A stretch of 64,000 nt of DNA from Candidatus Latescibacterota bacterium. GTDB lineage: Bacteria > Latescibacterota > UBA2968 > GCA-2709665. The stretch lies in NCBI GenBank assembly GCA_963662665.2, contig CAXXJS010000021.1, forward strand, positions 64,001 through 128,000, in the 5' to 3' direction. The position numbers were made by a program, and so were the translations under genes. The notes under the pieces were generated by a model, which saw only the letters and a program-made list of their open reading frames with translations, ran no database searches and was not told the DNA's origin. Numbering within the stretch: the first letter of the stretch is position 1; each line of letters begins with the position of its first letter. This document shows, in pieces, positions 53,817 to 64,000 of this stretch.

Positions 53817-54598
53817 CCAAACGAATCATACCCTGTCTGGACGTAAAGAACGGCCGGAATGTCCGCGGAGTGAAGTTCTCGGCGGACCGGGACGCCGGAG
53901 ACCCTGTGGAACTGGCCCGTCGCTACGATGAAGAAGGGGCAGACGAACTCGTATTTTACGATATCACAGCGTCGGCCGAGAAGAGAGAAATCGTCGCCGA
54001 TCTCGTGCGCCAGGTATCGGAACAGGTGTTTATCCCGTTTACGGTGGGAGGGGGCGTGCGGACGTTTGACGATATTCGCGCGATCATCGAGGGCGGCGCC
54101 GAAAAGGCATCCATCAATTCGGCGGCGCTTCGCACCCCGGAGTTGATTACCCGCGGTGCGGAACGATTCGGCGCGCAGGCAATCGTGGGATCCATCGATG
54201 CCGTTAGATGCCCAAGCAAATCGGATAAACCAAAATGGGACGTGATGATCGACGGGGGCAGAACGCCGACGGGCAGAGATGCCCTTGAATGGGCGTCGGA
54301 ATTGGTCGACAGGGGCGCCGGTGAATTGGTGTTGAACAGCATCGACGCTGACGGTACGAGGGAAGGGTATGATATTGAGTTGAACCGTGCAGTGGCGGAT
54401 CTTGTAGATGTGCCCATCGTGGCTTCCGGGGGATCGGGCGGACCGGAGCATATGTATCAGGTGCTTCAACGAGGCAAGGCGAGTGCCGCACTGGCGGCGT
54501 CTATATTTCATTTCGGGCACTATAGCATTCCCCAGGTGAAAGCATTTCTCGCCGCGCGGGGCATCTGTGTGCGACCCCGGGTGAGGGTGGATTTATAA
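53810..54598 (+). CDS. hisF: Imidazole glycerol phosphate synthase cyclase subunit
   Basis: KRIIPCLDV, GADELVFYDI, PFTVGGG, SIDADGT, IVASGG, AALAASIFH. Confidence 0.96.
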   Translation: MLAKRIIPCLDVKNGRNVRGVKFSADRDAGDPVELARRYDEEGADELVFYDITASAEKREIVADLVRQVSEQVFIPFTVGGGVRTFDDIRAIIEGGAEKASINSAALRTPELITRGAERFGAQAIVGSIDAVRCPSKSDKPKWDVMIDGGRTPTGRDALEWASELVDRGAGELVLNSIDADGTREGYDIELNRAVADLVDVPIVASGGSGGPEHMYQVLQRGKASAALAASIFHFGHYSIPQVKAFLAARGICVRPRVRVDL

Positions 54599-55806
54599 TG
54601 GATCGCTGGTTGACCGAAGGAAAACAGGGGCGTCGAGCGACGGAAGCAAAGATTGGTGACTCGGAGCAGAATCGGACCTGCCCCGAACGAAGGAAGCTTT
54701 TCGAAGGCGTCCGGCGCGTTGTGGTAAAGCTGGGAACACGTTTGGTCACGCTGCAGGATCACACGCTGAATCTGAAGCTGATCGAACGCCTGGCTGCCGA
54801 CGTGGCGGAATTGCGGCGGAATGGGATACAGGTCGCCGTTGTGTCGTCGGGCGCGGTTGGGGCCGGTATGGGGCGGCTCGGACTGGTAGAGCGGCCAAGG
54901 AGGCTGTCGGCGTTGCAGGCGACCGCGGCGGTTGGACAGGTGCTGTTGATGAATGCGTACAAACTCGCGTTCAGGGCCCACCGTGTTTCCGTCGGACAGG
55001 TCCTGCTGACGGCGGATGATCTGGATAACCGTCGTCGTTACGTTAATGCCCGGAATACGCTGGACTCGTTGTTTCGGTTCGGCGCCGTTCCGGTTCTCAA
55101 TGAGAACGACAGCGTGGCAGTTGAGGAACTCCAGCTTTCGGTGGGCGACAACGACCGGCTTTCCGCGCTCGTGGCGCATCTGGTTGACGCCGACCTCCTC
55201 GTTATCCTGACCGACGTCGACGGACTGTACTCGGATGACCCGGAACGCCACTCGGACGCGCGATTCATTGCTAGGGTTGAGGAGGTCGGCCCTGAACTGA
55301 TCGAGCGGGCCGGAAGAGCCGGCAGCCAGGTAAGCCTGGGCGGAATGCGTTCGAAACTGGAGGCGGCGCAGAGTGTGACGCGGGGAGGCAGGTTGGCGGT
55401 GATTGCAAACGGGCACAAGATCGGATTGACCGGGATCCTTGCGGGATCGGTATCGGGGACGTTGTTTCTTGCCGCGAAGGAGAGGCTACCAGGACGCAAG
55501 CTATGGATTGCCAATTCCCGTCGACAGGGCGCCGTAATTGTGGACGACGGCGCCGTGGAAGCAATCGTGAAACGCGGAAAGAGCCTGTTGCCTTCAGGTA
55601 TCTTAAAAGTGGTAGGCGCCTTTGAGGCCGGAGAGTTGATTGCCGTTGAAGACCGGCGTCGGTTGGAGGTTGCACGCGGCGTAGTAAAGTACGGCTCGAC
55701 GGAGGTACGGCGGATATTGGGCAAATCAACTGGCGAAATGGTGGCGATTCTGGACGTGGAAGCGGGAGGAGAGGTGGTCCACCGTGACGATCTGGTGGTG
55801 CTGTAA
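54598..55806 (+). CDS. proB: Glutamate 5-kinase with PUA domain
   Basis: VVKLGT, VSSGAV, QATAAVGQ, NENDSV, GDNDRLSA, GGMRSK, SLLPSG, VHRDDL; start may be internal. Confidence 0.95.
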   Translation: MDRWLTEGKQGRRATEAKIGDSEQNRTCPERRKLFEGVRRVVVKLGTRLVTLQDHTLNLKLIERLAADVAELRRNGIQVAVVSSGAVGAGMGRLGLVERPRRLSALQATAAVGQVLLMNAYKLAFRAHRVSVGQVLLTADDLDNRRRYVNARNTLDSLFRFGAVPVLNENDSVAVEELQLSVGDNDRLSALVAHLVDADLLVILTDVDGLYSDDPERHSDARFIARVEEVGPELIERAGRAGSQVSLGGMRSKLEAAQSVTRGGRLAVIANGHKIGLTGILAGSVSGTLFLAAKERLPGRKLWIANSRRQGAVIVDDGAVEAIVKRGKSLLPSGILKVVGAFEAGELIAVEDRRRLEVARGVVKYGSTEVRRILGKSTGEMVAILDVEAGGEVVHRDDLVVL

Positions 55807-55880
55807 TCGTTGGGTTATCGTTCGGTGAATCGATAGTCGGGCGGCGCCTGGCGGTCCACTCGTCTGATGGGGTCTTCGGA

Positions 55881-56228
55881 ATGAAATTCTATAGAGGAAA
55901 ACGGGAATACCTGTACGTACCCCGCAGGAGGATGTATAGATTCCTGTGGGCTCTGCCGGCGCTCTGGTTCGTCTATCTGTTTTTCGCGGGAGACAGCGGG
56001 TATCTGCAGATTCGGGAGCGGAGCCGGGAGATCGAGGCGATGCAGCGTGAAATTGAAACCGTAAGCGCCGGAAACCGGAAGTTGACAGCCGAAGTCAAAA
56101 TGTTGCAGACCGACCTGGCGATCATTGAGAGGATCGCGCGGGAGCGGTACGGGATGGTTAAGGAAAACGAAACGGTCTTTATGGTGTACCCTGAAGCGCC
56201 GGCGCCTAAATCCAAGTCCAAGAAATGA
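55881..56228 (+). CDS. Septum formation initiator (FtsB/DivIC family)
   Basis: Single TM, FAGDSGY, coiled coil, IERIARERYGMVKENE. Confidence 0.85.
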   Translation: MKFYRGKREYLYVPRRRMYRFLWALPALWFVYLFFAGDSGYLQIRERSREIEAMQREIETVSAGNRKLTAEVKMLQTDLAIIERIARERYGMVKENETVFMVYPEAPAPKSKSKK

Positions 56229-57007
56229 TTTCGAAAACCGAAGGTCTGGTTCTGCGCGGCTACCGGATGAGCGAGAGTAGCAAGGTCGTGGTTATCTATA
56301 CCCGTATCTCGGGTAAGGTGCGGGTTGTCGCCAGGGGCGCTCGGCGACCCAGGAGCAAGTTCGGCGCCAGCGTTGAACCCATGACCTGGGGCGCTTACGT
56401 TTTTTATAGCCGGGAAAACAGAGATTTGCAGACGCTGAGCGAAGGCGACATTCTGTATGCCTTCGGAGGTCTCAAGCGGGTCTACCGGCGCCTTGTGTAC
56501 GCCAGCGCCGTCTGTGATTTGCTGGATCGCCTGACACTGGAACAAGATCCGAATTCTCTTCTGTGCAGCGTTACGCTGGACACGCTTCGATGGATGGAAA
56601 CGGTTGAGGAAGCGGCGATTGAATTGCCACTCTGGTATTTTCAGCTGAGGGCCGCCTCTGCACTGGGATATCGTCCTCATCTGAGCGGGTGCGTCCAATG
56701 CGGCGTACGGATAACCGGGAGCCGGGTCTGTTTCGACGCGGGGCGCGGCGGTACGGTCTGCCTCCGGTGCGAAAGTGGAGGTCCAGGCGTAAAAATGGCC
56801 ACCATCCAATACTTGGAGCAGCTTCAGACAACACGCGCGGACCGAATCGACGAGAAGGGTTTCCTGGCGATCGACACAGGCGAAGCCCGTCGTGTGCTGC
56901 GTAGCTTTTTATGGCGCCACATTGAGAACCGGGGCCAGGTCAAGTCGCTGGATTTTTTGAATCGAATGCTTGCTGCAGAGGGTCCAACTGCGCCCTACGG
57001 CAGTTGA
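56225..57007 (+). CDS. recO: DNA repair protein RecO
   Basis: EGLVLR..ESSKVV..GKV..ARGARRPRSKF, GYRPHLSGCVQC..CLRC zinc finger. Confidence 0.92.
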   Translation: MISKTEGLVLRGYRMSESSKVVVIYTRISGKVRVVARGARRPRSKFGASVEPMTWGAYVFYSRENRDLQTLSEGDILYAFGGLKRVYRRLVYASAVCDLLDRLTLEQDPNSLLCSVTLDTLRWMETVEEAAIELPLWYFQLRAASALGYRPHLSGCVQCGVRITGSRVCFDAGRGGTVCLRCESGGPGVKMATIQYLEQLQTTRADRIDEKGFLAIDTGEARRVLRSFLWRHIENRGQVKSLDFLNRMLAAEGPTAPYGS

Positions 57008-57082
57008 GTACCGGCCGAGGGTTGGCGGCATTCCAAACAACTGAGTGATGCCCCGCCTTTTGCAAAGGACCGGGTCCGCGGA

Positions 57083-59776
57083 ATGGGAGAACAGGCCGTG
57101 CTCGAAAAAAAGTACGATCCGGGGTCGGTTGAAACGACCTGGTACGCATTTTGGGAGTCGAAGGGTTATTTCCGGCCGGAATACAGGGCCGCCGGCAAGG
57201 CGTATTCCATCACGATTCCACCGCCGAATGTCACCGGAGAGCTCCACATGGGGCACGCGCTGCAGCATGCGATTCATGATGCCGTGGTGCGATGGAAACG
57301 CATGCAGGGGTATCGAACGCTCTGCCTTCCCGGTACAGACCACGCCGGTATTGCCACTCAGATGAAGGTAGAACAACAGCTCTTCAAAGAGGAACGAAAA
57401 GGACGCCACGATATTGGTCGTGAAGAGATGTTGAAGCGGATCGAGGTCTGGAAACAGGAATACGGTGGAACCATTCTTAAACAACTCCGGGAAATGGGTT
57501 GCAGCTACGACTGGGACCGTGAACGGTTTACCATGGATCGTGGGTACGTCCGGGCCGTTTTATCGGCTTTTGTGCGATTTTATGAAAAGGGTTGGGTCTA
57601 CCGCGGCAAGCGGATGGTAAACTGGTGCCCGAAATGCGGCACGGGTCATATCGGATCTGGAAGTGGAGGAGCGGGATCTTGAGGGGCACCTGTGGCATAT
57701 TCGGTATCCGGGTCTGGACGGTGGGCCGGACGTAGTGGTTGCCACGACCCGCCCTGAGACGATGTTGGGGGACACGGGTGTGGCGGTGCATCCCGATGAC
57801 GGACGCTGGAAGCGGGCAATTGGCGGCCGAGTCATGTTGCCGCTTATGGAGCGGCCGATTCCGATTGTGGCCGATCGGTACGCGGACCCGGAGATGGGTA
57901 GCGGCGCGGTCAAGGTGACGCCCGCACACGATCCCAATGACTACGAAATCGGGTTGCGGCACGGGTTGCCGGAGATCCAGGTCATCGGATTCAGCGGAGA
58001 GATGAACGAGGACGCCGGATCGTATTGCGGCATGGACCGGTTTGGCCTGCCGAAACGCGGTGATTGCGGCCCTGAAGGAGTCGGGGTTACTCGATCACAT
58101 TGAGGATTACGAACATATGGTGCCGCACCACGACAAGTGCGGCACTCCGATCGAGCCGCTGCCGATGGACCAGTGGTTTCTGGCCATGAGATCCCTTGCA
58201 GACCAGGCTCTGCCGGCCTTGAGAAAGCAGGAGATCAGATACGTTCCGGATCGCTTTCGGGTATATTCCGTCGAGTGGCTGGAGAACATCCAGGATTGGT
58301 GCATCTCCCGTCAGATCTGGTGGGGGGCACCGTATCCCGGTGTGGACCTGTGAAGACTGCGGAGACGTGCTGGTCCGTGTGGATGCGCCTGTGTGTTGCG
58401 GCGCCTGCGGTAGCCGGAAACTTGTGCAGGATCCGGACGTTCTGGACACCTGGTTTTCATCGGCCCTCTGGCCCTTCGCCACCCTCGGATGGCCGGCTCC
58501 CGCCGAGGACCTGAAGGTGTATCATCCAACCGATCTGATGATCACCGGCAGGGACATTCTCTTCCTGTGGGTGGCGCGGATGGTCCATGACGGCCGTGGA
58601 GTTCGTCGATGAAATTCCTTTCGGAAGGGTTCTTGTACACCCGGACCGTCCAGACGCGCGACGGCAGACGGATGAGCAAGTCACTGGGTACCGGAATCGA
58701 TCCCAGGGAACTGATCGAACGGTACGGCGCGGACGCTACCCGACTGTCGTTGCTTTACCAGTGCGGCAGTTCACAGGACATTCGATTTGACGCCGAGGTT
58801 GTAGACAACCAATTACAGGACTCGCCCATAACGGAGGCCTGCAGGAACTTCTGCAACAAGATCTGGAACGCGGCGCGGTTTGTACAGATGAACGTGGACG
58901 TGGATGACTCCCGGTACAACCGCGTCGCCGCCGGCGTCGCCCGTTGATCCTGCGGATCGTTGGATACTCAGCCAGTACAACCGCACGGTGCGCGCCGTAA
59001 CGGCATCTCTGGAGGCCTATCGTTTTGACGAAGCATCCAGAACCCTGTACGAATTCGTATGGAACGCGTATTGCGACTGGTACCTCGAAATCGCCAAGGT
59101 GAGACTGAATGCCGGCGATCCGGAAACCGACAAGACCGTTCGGGACGTACTCGTCCACGTTCTTGAGGGCTCGCTGCGTCTGCTGCATCCGATGGCCCCG
59201 TTTATCTCCGAAGCGCTGTGGCAGCAATTGCCGCACTCCGGAGAAGCGCTGATTGTTGCGAAGTGGCCGGCGGCGAATTCGAAACGAATCGACGAGACGG
59301 CGGAACGTGAGGTGGCGCTATTGCAGACGGTCGTGGGTGCGGTCCGGAATATTCGTGGTACGATGCGGGTGCCGCCGGGAAGACGCGCGGACCTCCACTT
59401 GAAGGTGAATTCGACCCGAATCGAGGGCGTCCTGAACCGATTCAGGGATTACCTGCGCGCGCTCGCCAGGGTAGAGAACCTTCGCATCGGTGCCGATATC
59501 ATCCGCCCGCCGGCTTCTGCGAGCGCCGTCTTGAGCGATGTCGAGATCTTTGTGCCCTTACAGGGGCTGATCGATCTCGACGTTGAACGCCAGCGCCTGC
59601 AGAAGGAGATCGACAAGCTGGAGGGCCTGCTGGGCGGGCTGGACCGGAAGCTGGGGAACGCCGGATTTCTGAACAATGCGCCCGCAGAGGTCGTCTCCAG
59701 GGAGAAGGGACGCCACGAGCAGTACCGGAGTGCGCTGGGCAGGTTGAACGAGAATCTCGCGGCGGTCACGTCGTGA
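57083..59776 (+). CDS. valS: Valine--tRNA ligase, frameshifted six times in this sequence (probable sequencing errors)
   Basis: [80 protein letters not shown] and the C-terminal coiled coil appear in order across seven ORF pieces. Confidence 0.93.
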
Positions 59777-59924
59777 AGCGACTGCCCGTAACACCGCGGT
59801 TGCTGCGGATCCGAATTCAGAGCCTTGCTGTGCGCGGGTCAACCGCGGTCGTACACGGCTGGAATGCCGTTTCGCCGGTCCGGCCCGGAAGCGTTTTACT
59901 TCATTCAGATTGGAAGACCTCGGG

Positions 59925-62078
59925 ATGTTGAGATATTACTCGCGGCGGATTCTGCTCTATTGTGTGATCTGCGTCCTGGTGTACGCGGGTATCGCTGGAG
60001 GGGTGGTGCTTCGATTCAAGGATGAGCTACCCTCCTTTTCGCAACTGGAAGAGGTGGAACCCGCGCGAACCACCAGCATCATCTCCGCCGACGGTGTCGT
60101 ACTGAAGCGTTTCTGGGTCGAGAATCGGGTACCGATTACTTACAGCCAGATTCCCCAGGCCGCGATCTGGGCCCTGACCGCGACGGAGGATCAGCTCTTC
60201 TGGCGGCATTGGGGTGTGAGCCTTCCGGATATCTTCCGCGCCGTATTGCGCAACGTGACGCAGGAGGGCAGTCTGAAGGGCCACGGCGCCAGCACGATTA
60301 CGCAGCAACTCGCCCGGAATCTGTTCCTGGACCAGAAACAGACATGGACGCGGAAAGTGAAGGAGCAGTTGACGGCGGTGCTGTTGGAGCGGACCTATAC
60401 GAAACGGGAAATTATCGAGATATACTTCAACAAAGTCCTGTTCGGTAACGGTGCATACGGCATTCAGTCAGCGGCGGAACGTTTTTTCGGCAAGCCCGCG
60501 AGGGAGTTGACGCTGGAAGAATGCGCGCTGCTGGTTGGACTGCTCAGAGGACCCTATTTCTACTCACCGATCAACCATCCCGGACGGGCGAGAGACCGGC
60601 GTGACCTGGTGCTTCGTCTGATGCGCAGCACGGGTCGAATCACACAGGCACAATACCTTTCCGCCACGCAGCGAGACATTGTCCTGAAAGATCCCGAGGA
60701 TGCGGAGATAGGTGAAGCGCCGTATTTTACGGAGTACATCCGTCGCTACCTGGAGAGAAATTACGGTTGGAATCTTCTGTATAAGGACGGCGCGTCGGTC
60801 TATTCGACAGTGGACAGCCGTATCCAGTCCATTGCTGAAGAGACCCTGCTGAACCATCTGGATACGGTGCAGAAAAGGGTGGAGGCGAAACGACGGCGGA
60901 GCCCGCCGGATTCGACGTTCTGGGCAGAAATAAAAACCCGGGAAGATTCGCTGAGGGCCACGGTGGTGCAGGGAGCGCTGGTCGCGCTGGACACCCATAC
61001 GGGACACATTCTGGCTATGGTGGGTGGCCGCGACTTCACCGAGACGAAATTCAACAGGGCCGTTCAGGCGCTACGCCAGCCGGGATCGGCATTTAAGCCA
61101 ATCATCTATGCGTCGGCAATCGCGCAAAAAATCCCGCCCACGCGCCGGTATCCGGATACGGCGGTTACGGTTGAGATGTACGACGGCAGCCTGTGGCGAC
61201 CGCAGAACTACGATCGGAAGTTTCTGGGCTGGATGACGATGCGGGACGGCCTGGCCATGTCTCGGAACGTGGTGACAACAAAAATTCTGGAAGAGGTCGG
61301 GCCTCGAACCGCGGTGAATCAGGCAAAACGCATGGGAATTTCAAGCAGGATCCGGGCCGTGAAGTCCCTCGGCATGGGTACAAGTGAGGTAAAACTGATC
61401 GACCTGGTGTCCGCCTACGGGACCCTTCCCAACGGCGGCATCCTCGTGGAGCCGGTTGCTATTCTGAAGATCTCGGACAAGGACGGCAACGTTGTCGAAA
61501 GCCGGGTTCAGGGCCAGGAGCACGAGGCGCTCAGCGCGGAGGCGGCCGCCGTCGCAACAAACCTGCTTCGGTCCGTTATGGATATGCGCAAGCAGACACC
61601 GAAGGGAACCTGGCGGGGCACCGGTTCGGGCGCCCGTACGATATATGGGTTTCGACGGCCCGCGGCAGGGAAAACGGGTACCACTCAGAACTTCGCGGAC
61701 ACGTGGTTTGTAGGCTTTACGCCACAGATCGTTGCCGGCGTATGGGTAGGGTTCGACGATTATCGGGTCTCACTGGGAAACCGGATGTCGGGTGCTGTCG
61801 TGGCACTGCCGGTGTGGGCGAAATTCATGAAGAGGGTACACGAAAAACTCGGATTGCCGCGGGAGGAATTCGAACTGCCGCCGGGCGTGGCGCAGTTGGA
61901 GGTATGCGGCGAAACGTATGAGATCGCGTCGATGTATTGCCCGAGTCGACTGAAGGAACTGTTCGTGCCGGGAGCCGAGCCGACGTCTCCCTGTCCGGAC
62001 CATACGGCGGCAGTCGTCCGCCACCCGGACATGAAGAAGCAGGATCGGGAGAACGCGAAGCGAGCGTATCAGTTCTGA
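59925..62078 (+). CDS. Class A penicillin-binding protein (PBP1A family)
   Basis: TEDQLF, GASTITQQLARN, RKVKE (glycosyltransferase); SAFK, SRN, KTG (transpeptidase). Confidence 0.94.
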   Translation: MLRYYSRRILLYCVICVLVYAGIAGGVVLRFKDELPSFSQLEEVEPARTTSIISADGVVLKRFWVENRVPITYSQIPQAAIWALTATEDQLFWRHWGVSLPDIFRAVLRNVTQEGSLKGHGASTITQQLARNLFLDQKQTWTRKVKEQLTAVLLERTYTKREIIEIYFNKVLFGNGAYGIQSAAERFFGKPARELTLEECALLVGLLRGPYFYSPINHPGRARDRRDLVLRLMRSTGRITQAQYLSATQRDIVLKDPEDAEIGEAPYFTEYIRRYLERNYGWNLLYKDGASVYSTVDSRIQSIAEETLLNHLDTVQKRVEAKRRRSPPDSTFWAEIKTREDSLRATVVQGALVALDTHTGHILAMVGGRDFTETKFNRAVQALRQPGSAFKPIIYASAIAQKIPPTRRYPDTAVTVEMYDGSLWRPQNYDRKFLGWMTMRDGLAMSRNVVTTKILEEVGPRTAVNQAKRMGISSRIRAVKSLGMGTSEVKLIDLVSAYGTLPNGGILVEPVAILKISDKDGNVVESRVQGQEHEALSAEAAAVATNLLRSVMDMRKQTPKGTWRGTGSGARTIYGFRRPAAGKTGTTQNFADTWFVGFTPQIVAGVWVGFDDYRVSLGNRMSGAVVALPVWAKFMKRVHEKLGLPREEFELPPGVAQLEVCGETYEIASMYCPSRLKELFVPGAEPTSPCPDHTAAVVRHPDMKKQDRENAKRAYQF

Positions 62079-62120
62079 ATGAAACGCGCAGTCCGCGCCC
62101 GTTCCGGCAGTGACATCAGG

Positions 62121-62173
62121 ACCGGCATGCAAGAAGCCCGGCGAAATTGGCGCCGGGCTTCTTGCATGCCGGT
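62121..62173. terminator. Perfect 23-bp inverted repeat between convergent genes
   Basis: ACCGGCATGCAAGAAGCCCGGCG-AAATTGG-CGCCGGGCTTCTTGCATGCCGGT. Confidence 0.6.
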
Positions 62174-62186
62174 TCGGTTTGCCTGA

Positions 62187-64000
62187 TTACGCGCGCGCGC
62201 GGCGGGAGGCCGAGACAGCAGTCTCTTTCCGGCGGTCGAGGGCATTCTGCCACACCAGCACGAGAGGGCTGGCCACGAAGGAGGAAGAATAGGTTCCCAC
62301 GATCACACCGATCATCAGGGCAAATGCAAAATCGTGGATAACCTCCCCGCCGAGGAGCAGCAGGCCAAGGACAACCAGCAGCGTTGTACCAGAAGTGAGG
62401 ACCGTCCGGTTAAGGCTCTCGTTGATGCTCCGGTTGATCACTTCGGCCGAGCTGTCCCGCCGGTAGAGCCTCCGGTTTTCCCGGATGCGATCGTATACCA
62501 CGATCGTATCGTTCAGTGAATATCCGACAATCGTGAGCAACGCGGCCACAATGGCCAGAGAAATCTCTTTATCGAGGAGAGAAAATACGCCCAGAGTGAG
62601 CAGAACGTCGTGGAACAGCGCCACGACCGCGGCGATACCGAACTGGATCTGCTTGAAACGCCACCAGATGTAAAAGACGATCAGAAACAGGGAGACGATA
62701 ATCGCATTGACGGCGTTAAGTTTGAGTTCACTGCCAATCTTGGGTCCAACCGCCTCCTGACGCCTCAACCACTGAGTCGGATCGGGAATGCTGGACGCAA
62801 ATTCCGACTTGAGCGTGTTCTTTATTGCGTCTGCCGTGACCGTCCCCTCCGTTTCTTCTTCGACGCGAATCAGAATATCGCTAGCCGGGCCGAAAACTTT
62901 GATTTCACTGTGTCTAAGGTCTCGTCTTTCACCCTTCACGTCCACGTCCTGCAGGGCGTCCCGCAGGTTTGCGACCTCGACCGGAGGATTGAAGTGCAAC
63001 TCCAACAGGGTACCCCCCGCGAAGTCAATGCCGAGGTTGTACCCACCTTTGGTTATCGTGGAACCCAGACCGATCACGATGAGCGTCGCCGAAAGTACGA
63101 ACGCAGGCTTACGCAGGTTCAGGAAGTCGAATGATGGACGACGGAATATGGTTATTCTGCCGATGCTGATGGAAGTTAGTTGCCAGCGATTGATGGCGAT
63201 ATTGAAGAGGGTCCGGGTGACGAAAAGGGCGGTGAACATACTGCAGAGAATGCCGACCATGAGCGTCAGAGCGAAACCGCGGATGGGACCTGTACCGAAC
63301 TGGTAGAGCACGACGGCTGTGATTATCGTGGTGATGTTGGCGTCGACAATGGTAAGCAGGGCCCTGCCGTACCCGTCCTCAACGGCGACGCGGAGGGTCT
63401 TGCCGTTTCGCAACTCTTCACGGATACGCTCGAAGATCAGCACGTTGGCGTCGACGGCCATTCCGATGGTGAGAATGATCCCGGCAATTCCAGGCAAGGT
63501 GAGCGTGCCGCCGAATCCCGCCAGAATCGCCATTACAAACAGGAGGTTGAGGATCAATGCAAAGTTGGCCACGATTCCGGAAAGGCCGTAGTAAAGAACC
63601 ATGAACACCATAACGATTGACAGACCGATCAGTGCGGCCTTTCGTCCCTGCTCAATCGAATCCCGTCCGAGCGAGGGACCGACGGTTCGGTCTTCCACAA
63701 TTGGCGCGTTGGCCGGAAGCGCCCCCGCACGCAGTACAATGGCCAGGTCTTTCGCCTCCTCAAGGTCGCCGCTACCTTCGATTATGGACCGGCCATCACG
63801 GATTTTCGCGCGAATGGTAGGCGCCGAGTAGACCTGGTCATCGAGTATGATGGCCATGCGTTCTTCGAGATTGGCGCCCGTTACCCTGGAGAAGCGTTTG
63901 ATACCGTCGTTCGTTGTGGTAAAGTTGATTATGGGCTGCCCGGCATTTTCAAAACTCTGACCCTTGGTAACCTTGGCGTCCTGAACGATGTCGCCGGTCA
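62187..64000 (-). CDS. secDF: Protein translocase SecDF fusion (partial, N-terminus outside the window)
   Basis: SecD motifs LRAGALP, GPSLG, GMAVDANVLIFERIREE followed in frame by SecF motifs GIDFAGG and GYSLNDTIVVYDRIRE; frame is open to the window end. Confidence 0.95.
   Translation of the reverse strand, partial: TGDIVQDAKVTKGQSFENAGQPIINFTTTNDGIKRFSRVTGANLEERMAIILDDQVYSAPTIRAKIRDGRSIIEGSGDLEEAKDLAIVLRAGALPANAPIVEDRTVGPSLGRDSIEQGRKAALIGLSIVMVFMVLYYGLSGIVANFALILNLLFVMAILAGFGGTLTLPGIAGIILTIGMAVDANVLIFERIREELRNGKTLRVAVEDGYGRALLTIVDANITTIITAVVLYQFGTGPIRGFALTLMVGILCSMFTALFVTRTLFNIAINRWQLTSISIGRITIFRRPSFDFLNLRKPAFVLSATLIVIGLGSTITKGGYNLGIDFAGGTLLELHFNPPVEVANLRDALQDVDVKGERRDLRHSEIKVFGPASDILIRVEEETEGTVTADAIKNTLKSEFASSIPDPTQWLRRQEAVGPKIGSELKLNAVNAIIVSLFLIVFYIWWRFKQIQFGIAAVVALFHDVLLTLGVFSLLDKEISLAIVAALLTIVGYSLNDTIVVYDRIRENRRLYRRDSSAEVINRSINESLNRTVLTSGTTLLVVLGLLLLGGEVIHDFAFALMIGVIVGTYSSSFVASPLVLVWQNALDRRKETAVSASRRARA

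Noticed and set aside
57083-59776. valS as a genuine pseudogene or programmed frameshift
   Set aside because: It is an essential gene with uniform +1 run extensions, no nonsense codons and intact motifs, which points to sequencing error.

Overview
GC-rich bacterial chromosomal window, mostly core genome. Genes lie almost all on the minus strand from 1 to 32.5 kb and on the plus strand from 32.8 to 62 kb. Gene content (DUF4249/TonB pair, DUF6029-like barrel, dockerin-like EF-hand tail) and a divergent 16S suggest an uncultured FCB-related lineage, possibly Latescibacterota-like; this is inference only. The left part holds an OprB-like porin, a TonB receptor, a VapBC-type toxin-antitoxin pair, a sarcosine-oxidase/dipeptidase/cupin/dehydrogenase cluster, an ABC exporter, nadA, a GHMP kinase plus GalU-like gene, trxA, holA, purM, folP, ftsH and tilS. 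The centre holds a complete rRNA operon (16S, tRNA-Ile, tRNA-Ala, 23S, 5S). The right part holds an EF-G paralogue, yebC-ruvCAB-tsaB-rimI-holB-metG-tatD-rsmA-ilvE-proC-hisH-hisF-proB-ftsB-recO, valS (broken by six +1 frameshifts, probably sequencing errors), PBP1A and secDF. The most notable feature is a three-gene extracytoplasmic redox operon at 24817-27938: a TlpA-type CxxC protein, an outer-membrane barrel with a CxxxxC tail, and a secreted redoxin. The ORF track splits the redoxin at an in-frame TGA that forms a U-P-T-C motif followed by a SECIS-like hairpin, so it is a probable selenoprotein fused to an Ig-like domain and a dockerin/EF-hand tail. All family assignments come from motif recognition, not database searches.
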